From Eubacteriales bacterium (lineage in GTDB: Bacteria > Bacillota > Clostridia > Oscillospirales > CAG-272): a stretch of 53,984 nt of DNA. This document shows, one piece after another, positions 1 through 8,657 of this stretch; position 1 is the stretch's first letter, and every line of letters begins with the position of its first letter. The notes beneath the pieces were generated by a model. That model was not told the origin of the DNA, ran no database searches, and saw only the letters and a program-made list of their open reading frames with translations. Both the position numbers and the translations under genes were made by a program. The stretch lies in assembly GCA_045124835.1 (NCBI GenBank), contig JBGVMO010000153.1:1-53984 (forward strand), read 5' to 3'.

Positions 1-35
1 GGCGTGGATGGCGTGCGTTGCTTGACAACCCGCCT

Positions 36-76
36 AAAAGGACTGTTGTGCTACGGCATGACAGTCCTTTTTGTTT
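36..76 (+). terminator. Rho-independent terminator-like hairpin immediately upstream of the helicase gene
   Basis: AAAAGGACTGT (36-46) pairs with ACAGTCCTTTT (61-71) around a 14-nt loop. It runs into TTTTTGTTT. Confidence 0.6.
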
Positions 77-121
77 CAAAAATAGCAGAAGACTTACCGT
101 AGAGAGAAAGGAGGCGTTCTT

Positions 122-3100
122 ATGCAGCATACCTTTGGCGAAATGTCCTTTACCCTTGACGACGGCGTGATTGATCTGCCGCTTGACCTTGACAGCCTTT
201 TGGAAACGCCGTTTACAGAAGACGGAGAGGGGCCCAAAATTGAAAATGTGTTTGACGCCTTTATTCTTTGTCTGAACACCTATTGCGGCGTCAGGCTCGA
301 TTATATCGCCACCTTGACGGGAAAAACCGAGCAAGAGGTTGTTTCCGAACTGCGCGGCAAAATCTTTGAAGACCCTATCAGCCACGAGTGGCTGACGGGA
401 GACGTTTATCTTTCGGGTAACATCTTAACCAAGCTTGCCATTGCCAAGGAGAATAACGAAGACGGGCGCTATCAGGAAAATATTCGCGCCCTTACGCGCA
501 TTCTTCCGCCCAACGTCAGCACCGAGAATATTTTTATCACCCTTGGCTCTCCTTGGGTGCCTCCCGATATTATAGACGATTTTATTGTCAACCTCATCGG
601 TGAGCGAATGTCTTGGGGCAAAAATAACGAATATGCAACGCGCTACGATGCGGGAACGGGTATATGGGAAATCCCCCATAAAACGCGCTACCGCGGCGGT
701 AAGTACGCCATAAAAAACCGCAACACCTACGGTACGGTGCGCTATGAAATGCTCTATCTGATTGAGGACACCCTCAATATCAAAACCATCGCCGTGTATG
801 ACGAGGTACCTGATCCGATGAGCACCAAATTCGGCAAAACGGTGCGCGTGCTGAATAACGTTGAAACGGCGATGGCCCTGCAAAAGCAGGCCGAGCTTGT
901 GCGCTTGTTTCAGGATTGGGTCTGGCGCTCACCCCAACGCAAAAAGCGCTTGAAAACCATCTATGAGGAGCGCTACGGGCGCGTGCGCGTCCATCATTAT
1001 GACGGATCGTTTTTGCTCTTCCCGGGCATGAATCCCGCCATACGCCTGTATTCCTACCAAAGAGACGCCGTTGCAAGAATTTTGTTTTCTCCCAACACGC
1101 TTTTGGCGCACAACGTCGGTGCAGGTAAAACCTACACGATGATAGCCGCGGGAATGGAGCTGCGGAGAATGGGTATTGGTAAAAAGAATCTTTACGTTGT
1201 GCCAAACACCCTTGTCGGCCAATGGCGTGAAAAATTCCTTTGTCTTTATCCGTATGCAAAAATTCTGGTGGTGGAGCCCAAGCATTTCACGCCCCAGAAC
1301 AGAGGAAAGACGCTTTCTCGTATCAGAGACGAGGATTTTGACGGTATCATTATGCCCTATTCCTGCTTTGATGCCATTCCGCTTTCCGTTGCACACTACG
1401 AAAAAATGTATAAGGACGAGATGGCCGCGCTTGAAAAGGCAGAGAACGTCTTTTATTCTCCCTACATCATCAAGCGCAAAAAGCAAACGCTGGAGCGCGC
1501 GATGAAAAAAAATCTTGCGCGCCTGCAAAGCGGCATTGCCTTTGACGAGCTTGGGGTAACCACCCTTTTCGTTGACGAGGCGCACAACTACAAAAACATG
1601 CCCGTGGATACCAAAATCGACACGATTTACGGTATGAGACGGGATGGATCCAAGAAATCCTACGATATGCTCAGCAAGGTGCGCGCCGTGCAGAACGCCA
1701 ACAACGGCCGCGGCGTTGTCTTTGCAACGGGAACGCCGATTACGAACTCCATTACCGATCTTTTCGTGATGCAAAAATATTTGCAGAATGGAGAAATGGG
1801 GCTTTTGGGCCTTGCCCAGTTTGATTCGTGGGTGGGTATGTTCTGCGAAAAGGAGCTTGACTTTGAGGTGGACGTGGATACCAGCAAATTCCGTATGGCC
1901 ACGCGCTTTTCCAAGTTCCACAACTTAACGGAGCTGACGGCGCTTTTGTCCTCGATTGCCGATTTCCACCGTTGCAACTCCAAGGAAAACGGTCTGCCTG
2001 AATTTCGTGGCTATACCGATGTCAAAATTTTGGGAACGGCGCCCTTCCGCGAATACCTGCGGGACATTTCAAGGCGCGCGGATGACGTGCGCCATCGCCG
2101 TGTTTTGCGCAGCCAGGACAATATGCTGAAAATTTCCTCGGACGGACGCAAGGCGGCGCTTGATTTGCGCTTGATAAACAGCGGCTACGGCAACGGCTTT
2201 ACCGGCAAGGTGGAGGCCTGTGCCGAGAACGTTTTGCACATCTATCACGCGACAACCCCGAGCCGCGCAACCCAGCTTGTATTCTGTGACGTTTCCACGC
2301 CCAAAAACGATTTTAACGTCTACGATGAAATGAAGCGGCTTTTGGTGCAGGGCGGTGTACCTGCCTCTGAAATAGCGTATATTCACGATGTAGGAGATAG
2401 CATCACCAAAAGAGATATGCTCTTTGAAGCGGTGCGTGAGGGAGAAATCCGCGTGCTGCTCGGCTCAACCTTCAAGCTTGGCCTTGGCGTTAACGTCCAA
2501 GACCGCCTGATTGCCGTGCATCATCTTGACGTACCTTGGCGCCCCTCCGATATGGTGCAAAGAGAGGGCCGCATTCTGCGACAGGGAAATGGGAACAAGC
2601 AGGTCTTTATTTACCGTTACATAACCGAGGCCAGCTTTGACGCGTATTCATGGCAGATACTTGAAACCAAGCAGCACTTTATTGAGGAGCTTCTGGCAGG
2701 ATCGCTCTCCGAGCGAGAGGGCGAGGACGTTGACAGCACCGCACTCAACTATGCGGAGGTCAAGGCGCTTGCCATCGGCAATCCGCAAATCAAGCATAGG
2801 GTCGAGGTGGCCAACGAGCTTTCCCGTCTCTCTATGCTGCGCCGAGGTGCTCTTGAGGAGCGGCGGCGTATGCAACAGGAGCTGGCCGACCTTCCCTCGA
2901 TGGTGGAGGATGTCAAGGAGCGCATTGCGGCCTGCGAAAAGGATATTTTGCTGTATGCAGAAAGAAAGCGCGAGCTGAGCCCCGAGGAAAAGGAGGAGTA
3001 TCGCTTGCGGCTTGATAAGGCGGTGCAGGCGAACCGCGGTGTGACGGAGGAGGTCTTCGTGATGGAGTACTTCGGCTTCCGCATCGTGATTCCTGCTTAT

Positions 3101-3379
3101 ATGAGTATGTACCATTATAGCCTTGACGTTATCGGTAACGGCAAATACCGCCTCCCCTGTAACAGCGAGGAGGGGCATTTGCGGCGACTTGATTCCTTTT
3201 TAGAGGGGCTAAACGGATATCTGGCGGGGCTTGGCGAAAAGCTGAAGAATTTTGCCGCGCAAAAGCGCGCTTTGCAAAAGGAGCTGCAAAAAACCGAGAC
3301 CTACGGTGAGACCATCGAGGCCTTGCAAGAGGAGCTTGAAAAAATTGATAAAGAATTGGGGATAAAGGACGATGAATAA
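122..3379 (+). CDS. SNF2/DEAH-type superfamily-2 helicase (ATP-dependent translocase), stand-alone, with no methyltransferase domain
   Basis: 1085-aa ORF with RBS AAAGGAGG upstream of the ATG. Motif I is NVGAGKTYT, motif II is LFVDEAHNYKN, motif III is FATGTPITNS and motif VI is QREGRILRQGN. The roughly 280-aa C-terminus is charged and coiled-coil-like (ELADLPSMVEDVKERIAACEKD..., LQEELEKIDKELG). Confidence 0.8.
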   Translation: MQHTFGEMSFTLDDGVIDLPLDLDSLLETPFTEDGEGPKIENVFDAFILCLNTYCGVRLDYIATLTGKTEQEVVSELRGKIFEDPISHEWLTGDVYLSGNILTKLAIAKENNEDGRYQENIRALTRILPPNVSTENIFITLGSPWVPPDIIDDFIVNLIGERMSWGKNNEYATRYDAGTGIWEIPHKTRYRGGKYAIKNRNTYGTVRYEMLYLIEDTLNIKTIAVYDEVPDPMSTKFGKTVRVLNNVETAMALQKQAELVRLFQDWVWRSPQRKKRLKTIYEERYGRVRVHHYDGSFLLFPGMNPAIRLYSYQRDAVARILFSPNTLLAHNVGAGKTYTMIAAGMELRRMGIGKKNLYVVPNTLVGQWREKFLCLYPYAKILVVEPKHFTPQNRGKTLSRIRDEDFDGIIMPYSCFDAIPLSVAHYEKMYKDEMAALEKAENVFYSPYIIKRKKQTLERAMKKNLARLQSGIAFDELGVTTLFVDEAHNYKNMPVDTKIDTIYGMRRDGSKKSYDMLSKVRAVQNANNGRGVVFATGTPITNSITDLFVMQKYLQNGEMGLLGLAQFDSWVGMFCEKELDFEVDVDTSKFRMATRFSKFHNLTELTALLSSIADFHRCNSKENGLPEFRGYTDVKILGTAPFREYLRDISRRADDVRHRRVLRSQDNMLKISSDGRKAALDLRLINSGYGNGFTGKVEACAENVLHIYHATTPSRATQLVFCDVSTPKNDFNVYDEMKRLLVQGGVPASEIAYIHDVGDSITKRDMLFEAVREGEIRVLLGSTFKLGLGVNVQDRLIAVHHLDVPWRPSDMVQREGRILRQGNGNKQVFIYRYITEASFDAYSWQILETKQHFIEELLAGSLSEREGEDVDSTALNYAEVKALAIGNPQIKHRVEVANELSRLSMLRRGALEERRRMQQELADLPSMVEDVKERIAACEKDILLYAERKRELSPEEKEEYRLRLDKAVQANRGVTEEVFVMEYFGFRIVIPAYMSMYHYSLDVIGNGKYRLPCNSEEGHLRRLDSFLEGLNGYLAGLGEKLKNFAAQKRALQKELQKTETYGETIEALQEELEKIDKELGIKDDE

Positions 3380-4484
3380 TACAACGGGGAATCTTTCCGT
3401 TTTGTCGGCAGACGGCGTTGTTTCGCAGCTGTCGGGGGCGTATATTTCCGTAATAGAGAAGGGCTTGCCCTTGAAGCTCTTGCCTGCGTTTATGCTCTGG
3501 GGCCCTCCCGGCGTGGGTAAATCGCAGGCGGTAAGGCAGGTGGGCGCGCGCATTCAGCAAAAAACGGGAAAAAAGGTTAAGGTGACAGACGTGCGCCTTT
3601 TGCTCTTCAATCCCATTGACTTGCGCGGCATTCCCACGGCCAACGCGGAAAAGAACCTCGCTATCTGGTTGAAGCCGCAGATTTTTGATATGGACCCCTC
3701 GGATAGCGTTGTCAACATTCTGTTTCTGGATGAAATCTCGGCTGCACCCCAGTCGGTGCAGGCGGCGGCCTATCAGATAACCTTGGATAGAGTGGTCGGC
3801 GAGCATCGCTTGCCCGAAAACTGCATCGTTATCGCCGCAGGCAACCGCGTCACCGATAAATCCGTGGCCTATAAAATGCCCAAGGCGCTTGCCAACCGTC
3901 TTTGTCACGTTGAGGTGGAAAGCAACTTCGAGTCTTGGCGTCGCTGGGCGGTCGGCGCAGGTATTCATCCCAAGATTCTCGGCTTTCTTTCCTTCCGCGC
4001 CGACAGGCTTTCGGTGTATGATGCAGGGTCGGACGATTTGGCATTCCCAACGCCGCGTTCTTGGGAGATGGCCTCCTCGCTCTTGACCTATGCCTCGGAC
4101 GACGTGGATAAAATCTATCCCTTGCTCGTCGGCTGTATCGGTGCCGGCGTGGCAACCGAGCTTCGCACATGGTGCAAGGTGTATACCACCCTGCCGAATA
4201 TCGCCGATATTTTCGCAGGTAGAATGCCGCCGATGCCCACCTCAACCGATGCGATGTACGCCTTGGTTTCCTCTATGACGGCCTATGCCAAGGAGCATCA
4301 GCAGGATATGAACGCCATTGCCAATTCCGTGCGCTATGCAACAAAGATGCCCACCGATTTTTCCGTGGTGCTGTTCAAAAATTACGTGGCCTTCGGTACG
4401 GCCTTCAAGGATAAATTGATGCGTTTGCAGGAGGTACAGGAATATGCCAGAACAAAGGGCAGGTTCCTTGGCGGAATTTTCTGA
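3372..4484 (+). CDS. AAA+ ATPase, MoxR/AAA_5-like
   Basis: 370 aa. Walker A is LWGPPGVGKSQ, Walker B is ILFLDEIS and the sensor region is VIAAGN. The ATG overlaps the helicase stop by 8 nt (GATGAATAA). Confidence 0.75.
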   Translation: MNNTTGNLSVLSADGVVSQLSGAYISVIEKGLPLKLLPAFMLWGPPGVGKSQAVRQVGARIQQKTGKKVKVTDVRLLLFNPIDLRGIPTANAEKNLAIWLKPQIFDMDPSDSVVNILFLDEISAAPQSVQAAAYQITLDRVVGEHRLPENCIVIAAGNRVTDKSVAYKMPKALANRLCHVEVESNFESWRRWAVGAGIHPKILGFLSFRADRLSVYDAGSDDLAFPTPRSWEMASSLLTYASDDVDKIYPLLVGCIGAGVATELRTWCKVYTTLPNIADIFAGRMPPMPTSTDAMYALVSSMTAYAKEHQQDMNAIANSVRYATKMPTDFSVVLFKNYVAFGTAFKDKLMRLQEVQEYARTKGRFLGGIF

Positions 4485-5814
4485 GGCAGAGCAAAGACGC
4501 TATGCGATGCGCTTAGTAACGGCAAGAACGCGTCTTCTGTGGTATCACGGCTTTTACGGCCTCTTGCTGATGCACGTGAAGCTCTCCTTGGATGCGGCCT
4601 GTCAGACGGCCTATACCGATTCGGAGCGCATTGCCTTCAACCCAACCTTTTTGGACTCTCTTTCCGACGAGGAGGTTGACTTTGTTTTGATGCACGAGGT
4701 GATGCATATCGCCCTTGCCCATTGCTTTCGATCGGAGGGGTATCAACGCCGCCTTTACAATATTGCGGCGGATATCGTTGTCAATTCCAACATCGCGAAG
4801 GCCGGCGGCAATATCACCTTAAAGCAGTATGGCGAGTGTATGCATCTTGCCCCTGATGGCAAGGAGGGCTATCTTTATTCGGCCGAGGAGGTCTATCATA
4901 TGCTGTTAGACGAGCTGGATAAGCAAAAGTCGAAAAGCCAAAGCGGCAAGGATAGCAAGAAGGGAAAAAGCAGTCAGGATAGCGGAAGCGGCGGTAGTGA
5001 CGATAACGGCGAGGAGCAAGCGGATGACGAGGGCGGTGCTTCGCCCGACAGCGCCCAAGCAGGAAGAGAAAACGAGGACGGTGTCGGCGAGGGAACGCGC
5101 TTTGATGATCATTCCCATTGGGACAAGGCCAAGGAGGAGAACGCCTATATGCAGGATGCCTGGCGAAGCCACGTGCTTTCGGCGGTGGAGGCTATCTCCC
5201 GTAGTGCAGGTGACGTTCCCTTGGGTATCGAGCGCGCCATTGCCGAATGGCAGGCACCCCAAACGGATTGGAGAACCGTGCTGAACGATTTTGTGCACGA
5301 GGAGGTTTGCGACTATTCCTTCTCGCCGCCCGACAGGCGCTTTTCGGATTCTCCCTTCTTTTTGCCCGATTTCAACGATACCGAAACGGTTATCGAGGAC
5401 GTTTTGTTCTTCGTGGATACCTCGGGATCTATTTCCAATTCTATGCTGACGGTGGCCTTTTCCGAAATCAAGGGGGCTATCGACCAGTTTGACGGAAAGC
5501 TGCGCGGCCATCTTGGCTTCTTTGACGCAGAGGTCTATCCTCCCGTGCCCTTCGAGAGCGTCGAGGAGCTGACGAAAATTCGCCCGAAGGGCGGCGGCGG
5601 TACCTCCTTTGAGGCCATCTTCGATTACGTGCAAAGGGAAATGTCTGAATACACCTTGGCTTGTATCGTCATTCTGACGGATGGCTATGCCACCTTCCCC
5701 GATGAGAAGGAGGCTATGGGCATTCCGGTGCTTTGGATAATCAACAACGAGGAAAAAACAGCTCCTTGGGGCAAGGTCACGCGCATCAAGGAGGAAAAAA
5801 AGAAAAGACGCTGA
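4444..5814 (+). CDS. VWA (MIDAS) domain protein with an N-terminal zincin-like putative metallopeptidase domain (DUF2201_N/DUF2201-like architecture)
   Basis: 456 aa. The HExxH motif is HEVMHIALAH. A Ser/Asp/Gly-rich low-complexity linker runs from KSKSQSGKDSKKGKSSQDSGSGGSDDNGEEQADDEGG. The MIDAS-like motif is FFVDTSGSIS. A strong RBS (GGAGGT) lies 9 nt before the ATG. The gene overlaps the AAA+ gene by 41 nt. Confidence 0.7.
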   Translation: MPEQRAGSLAEFSEAEQRRYAMRLVTARTRLLWYHGFYGLLLMHVKLSLDAACQTAYTDSERIAFNPTFLDSLSDEEVDFVLMHEVMHIALAHCFRSEGYQRRLYNIAADIVVNSNIAKAGGNITLKQYGECMHLAPDGKEGYLYSAEEVYHMLLDELDKQKSKSQSGKDSKKGKSSQDSGSGGSDDNGEEQADDEGGASPDSAQAGRENEDGVGEGTRFDDHSHWDKAKEENAYMQDAWRSHVLSAVEAISRSAGDVPLGIERAIAEWQAPQTDWRTVLNDFVHEEVCDYSFSPPDRRFSDSPFFLPDFNDTETVIEDVLFFVDTSGSISNSMLTVAFSEIKGAIDQFDGKLRGHLGFFDAEVYPPVPFESVEELTKIRPKGGGGTSFEAIFDYVQREMSEYTLACIVILTDGYATFPDEKEAMGIPVLWIINNEEKTAPWGKVTRIKEEKKKRR

Positions 5815-5867
5815 AAAAGCGTCCTTTGAGGCCTGTCGCGCAAGTGACGGCCGTGTGCTTTGAAAAA

Positions 5868-5906
5868 AGCCTATCCGACAGTAAAGACTCGGATAGGCTT
5901 TTTTTA
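5868..5906. terminator. Bidirectional intrinsic terminator between the convergent VWA gene and the RNHCP gene
   Basis: AGCCTATCCGA (5868-5878) pairs with TCGGATAGGCT (5889-5899). The hairpin has an A-run on its 5' side and TTTTTTT on its 3' side. Confidence 0.8.
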
Positions 5907-6251
5907 TTTAACAGGATCCTTGTATTCTCCTGCCGTTAAGGCAATCAGAAGGTCAACGTCATCAGGCTGCACCTTGGCCATATGGGCGCTTCGGCAGGAG
6001 CTGACGCCGCCGCATTTTTCACAGCGATGAAAAATCACGTAGCCCTTTTTGCTGTGCGGCTCGGCACGGAAGGGGCGCAAAAGACCAAGACAGGTGTTGG
6101 CGCGGTCACCGGGGTTAACGTCAATGTGCAGGGAATATAGACAAAAGGGACAATGGTTGCGCGAGGTGTAGCCTAAGGGCAAAACCTCTTTTCCGCAATG
6201 GGCGCAAATGAAGCCGTTATCGTTTTTTTGAAAGGTGGGCGTGTCTAACAT
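5904..6251 (-). CDS. RNHCP domain-containing zinc-ribbon protein
   Basis: 115 aa. It carries the literal RNHCP motif (TSRNHCPFCLYSLH) plus CAHCG and CEKCGG Cys pairs. It lies 20 nt downstream of mnmE on the same strand. Confidence 0.75.
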   Translation of the reverse strand: MLDTPTFQKNDNGFICAHCGKEVLPLGYTSRNHCPFCLYSLHIDVNPGDRANTCLGLLRPFRAEPHSKKGYVIFHRCEKCGGVSSCRSAHMAKVQPDDVDLLIALTAGEYKDPVK

Positions 6252-6271
6252 GGTTGCTTGTCCTTTCTCTT

Positions 6272-7657
6272 TTATTTGCCAACGCAGAATTTGGAGAAAA
6301 TGCCCGAAACAACGTCCTCGCTGACAGAGCGCCCGTCCGATTCGGCAAGGGCGGCCGCCGCCACCTCAAGCTCGCAAAGAGCGGCATCCTCAGGGAAGCC
6401 CTCCGCAAGTGCGTTATACGCATTCTGCATTAAATCGAGCGCACGAAGCAGAGCGGCGTTTTGTCGCGCGGTAAAGAGAATTGCGTCCTCTCCTGCCGTC
6501 AGCGTTCCGTCGGTGAAAAGCTCGTTTATCAAGCTCTCCAAGGCCGTAAGAGCGCCTTCCTTGGTGGAGAAGGGAAGAACGTGTGCAAAGCTACCCTCCA
6601 AGCGCTCCTCGCTCCAGAGGGGCTTTAAATCGCATTTGTTCAAAAGGGCGATAACCCTTCCGCTTGCCTCCTTGGCAAGTGCAATCAAGGCCTCGTCATC
6701 TGCGTCAAAGGGACGGGAGGTGTCAAACAAAAGAAGAATCAGGTCTGCGCGCGCAAGCGTTTCCTTGGTGCGCTCAACGCCGAGCTTTTCTACGGGATTG
6801 TCGGCCTCGTGAACGCCCGCGGTGTCGGCCAAGCGGAGCAAAACGCGCCCAAGCGTTGCGCTGTCCTCCAATACGTCGCGCGTGGTGCCTGCGTATTCGG
6901 TCACGATGGCTGCCTCGCGCCCCAAAAGAAGATTGTAAAGAGAGCTCTTTCCCGTGTTGGGCTTGCCGAGAAGGACAGTATAAATTCCCTCGGTCATTGC
7001 GCGCCCCGTCTGATAGGTGGAGAGCAGGCGCTCTGCCTTTTTCATCAAATCCGAAAGGAGCGAAAGCATTTCCTCTCTTGAAAGCTCGGCCAAATCCTCG
7101 TCGGGATAGTCAACCTTGGCGTAAACGGCAGAAAGCAGGGCGGAAATTCCTCCGTAAAGCGTCTCGAGTGCCGAGGAGAGATGCGAGCGCGCGTCACGCC
7201 TGAACAGCTTGAGCTGTGCCGTGCTTTTGGCATCTAAAAGCTCTGCGATGGCCTCGGCCTCCGAGAGCGTAAGCTTACCTGCCAAAAATGCGCGGCGGGT
7301 AAATTCGCCGCGGTCGGCAGGGCGCACGCCGTCGGCATACAGCGCCTCCAGAATCGTGCGGCAAATCAGCATACTGCCGTGCGTGGTTAATTCCACCGTG
7401 TCCTCTCCCGTGTAGGAATGGGGGGCACGGAAAACGGTTACCAGTAAATCATCCACAAGGTCGCCCTTGTAAAAAAAGTCGCCGTAAATGGCCTGCCTTG
7501 GCGGAAGGGAGGAGAGGCTTGCACCGCTTCTCGTCTTGAAATGCTTTTCCACCGCCGCAACGGCATCCTCACCGCAAACGCGGATAAGGGCAACCCCACC
7601 CTTGCCGGGTGGGGTTGAAAGTGCGGCAACCGTGTCTGTCAACGGCTGCTTTATCAT
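6272..7657 (-). CDS. mnmE: tRNA modification GTPase MnmE (TrmE)
   Basis: 461 aa. The G1 motif is GKPNTGKSS and there is a DTAG motif. The diagnostic C-terminal FCVGK is present. Confidence 0.95.
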   Translation of the reverse strand: MIKQPLTDTVAALSTPPGKGGVALIRVCGEDAVAAVEKHFKTRSGASLSSLPPRQAIYGDFFYKGDLVDDLLVTVFRAPHSYTGEDTVELTTHGSMLICRTILEALYADGVRPADRGEFTRRAFLAGKLTLSEAEAIAELLDAKSTAQLKLFRRDARSHLSSALETLYGGISALLSAVYAKVDYPDEDLAELSREEMLSLLSDLMKKAERLLSTYQTGRAMTEGIYTVLLGKPNTGKSSLYNLLLGREAAIVTEYAGTTRDVLEDSATLGRVLLRLADTAGVHEADNPVEKLGVERTKETLARADLILLLFDTSRPFDADDEALIALAKEASGRVIALLNKCDLKPLWSEERLEGSFAHVLPFSTKEGALTALESLINELFTDGTLTAGEDAILFTARQNAALLRALDLMQNAYNALAEGFPEDAALCELEVAAAALAESDGRSVSEDVVSGIFSKFCVGK

Positions 7658-8640
7658 ACGTTTTCGGTTTCCTCTGCGGGAGTCTCTTCGGCGATGGGGG
7701 CTTCAACGGCCTCCTCTACGGTCTCAATAGCCGCCTCTACGGATGCATTTTCAGTAACCTCCTCGTCGTCCACAAGGTAGATAACGATTTTGCGGTTGTT
7801 GTCAGAGCCAATAGAGTTGGTGCTGACGCCGGCAATGCCCTGAATTTCAGAGTGGATAATGCGGCGCTCGTAAGCGCTCATGGGCTCAAGCATCACGTTG
7901 CGGCGCAAACGCAGGGCCTTGGCGGCCATCTTTCTTGCCAATGCGCGCAGGGTTTCCTCTCTCTTGGCGCGGTAGCCCTCAATGTCGATGGTTACGCGGC
8001 GGCGGTTGCGCTCGCCGTTGGCGTTTTTCTTGGTGCTGGCAAGGTTTGCAAGGTACTGCAGGGAGTCAAGCGCCTCGCCGTGATGGCCAATCAGCATAGC
8101 GGCATCCTCGCCCGAAATCACGATGCGGCGGGAGTTGTCCTCGCAGTGATACAGGGTTACCTCTGCGGAAATGCCGAGGTTCTCAACCAGAAGCTTCACG
8201 AAATCGAAAGAAAGATCCTCGCCCTCTGCAACGGTGGCAAGCTCCATCTTCAGCTCGGTCTCGGGAATCACGGCTTCTCTCGGCTTTGCGCTCTCCTTGG
8301 GAGCAACGAAATCGCGCGGAGGCTGCATACCGTCGCTTCTGCGGCCGTTTCTCTTGCCTCTTCTGCCGTTTCTGTCGTTGCGCTCGCCTCTCTCGCTTCT
8401 TTCGCGATTGCGAACGGGCGCCTCGCCGCCTTCAGTCTTCTGACGGACGGGGGCTTCATCGGGGGTCTCAATCCAAGCCTTTACCTTGGAGGGACGGGCG
8501 CCGATACCAAAGATACCCTTGCTGCCCAAATCCACGATCTCGTATTCAATATCCTCAAGAGCAGAGGCGCCAAGAGCCGCAATGGCGTTTTCAACAGCGG
8601 CCTCAACGTCCTTTCCTGCTACGATAATTTCTTTTCTCAT
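7654..8640 (-). CDS. jag: Jag/KhpB RNA-binding protein (KH + R3H)
   Basis: 328 aa. The N-terminal Jag_N-like sequence is EIIVAGKDVEAAVENA. An R/E/G-rich linker follows, and the C-terminal R3H-like sequence is MSAYERRIIHSEI. Its position between yidC and mnmE is conserved. It overlaps mnmE by 4 nt. Confidence 0.9.
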   Translation of the reverse strand: MRKEIIVAGKDVEAAVENAIAALGASALEDIEYEIVDLGSKGIFGIGARPSKVKAWIETPDEAPVRQKTEGGEAPVRNRERSERGERNDRNGRRGKRNGRRSDGMQPPRDFVAPKESAKPREAVIPETELKMELATVAEGEDLSFDFVKLLVENLGISAEVTLYHCEDNSRRIVISGEDAAMLIGHHGEALDSLQYLANLASTKKNANGERNRRRVTIDIEGYRAKREETLRALARKMAAKALRLRRNVMLEPMSAYERRIIHSEIQGIAGVSTNSIGSDNNRKIVIYLVDDEEVTENASVEAAIETVEEAVEAPIAEETPAEETENV

Positions 8641-8657
8641 TGTCTTTAATCCTTTAC

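Noticed and set aside
22-50. TTGACA at 22-27 as the -35 of a cassette promoter.
   Set aside because: No acceptable -10 hexamer lies 16-19 nt downstream. The site also sits inside or ahead of the terminator hairpin.
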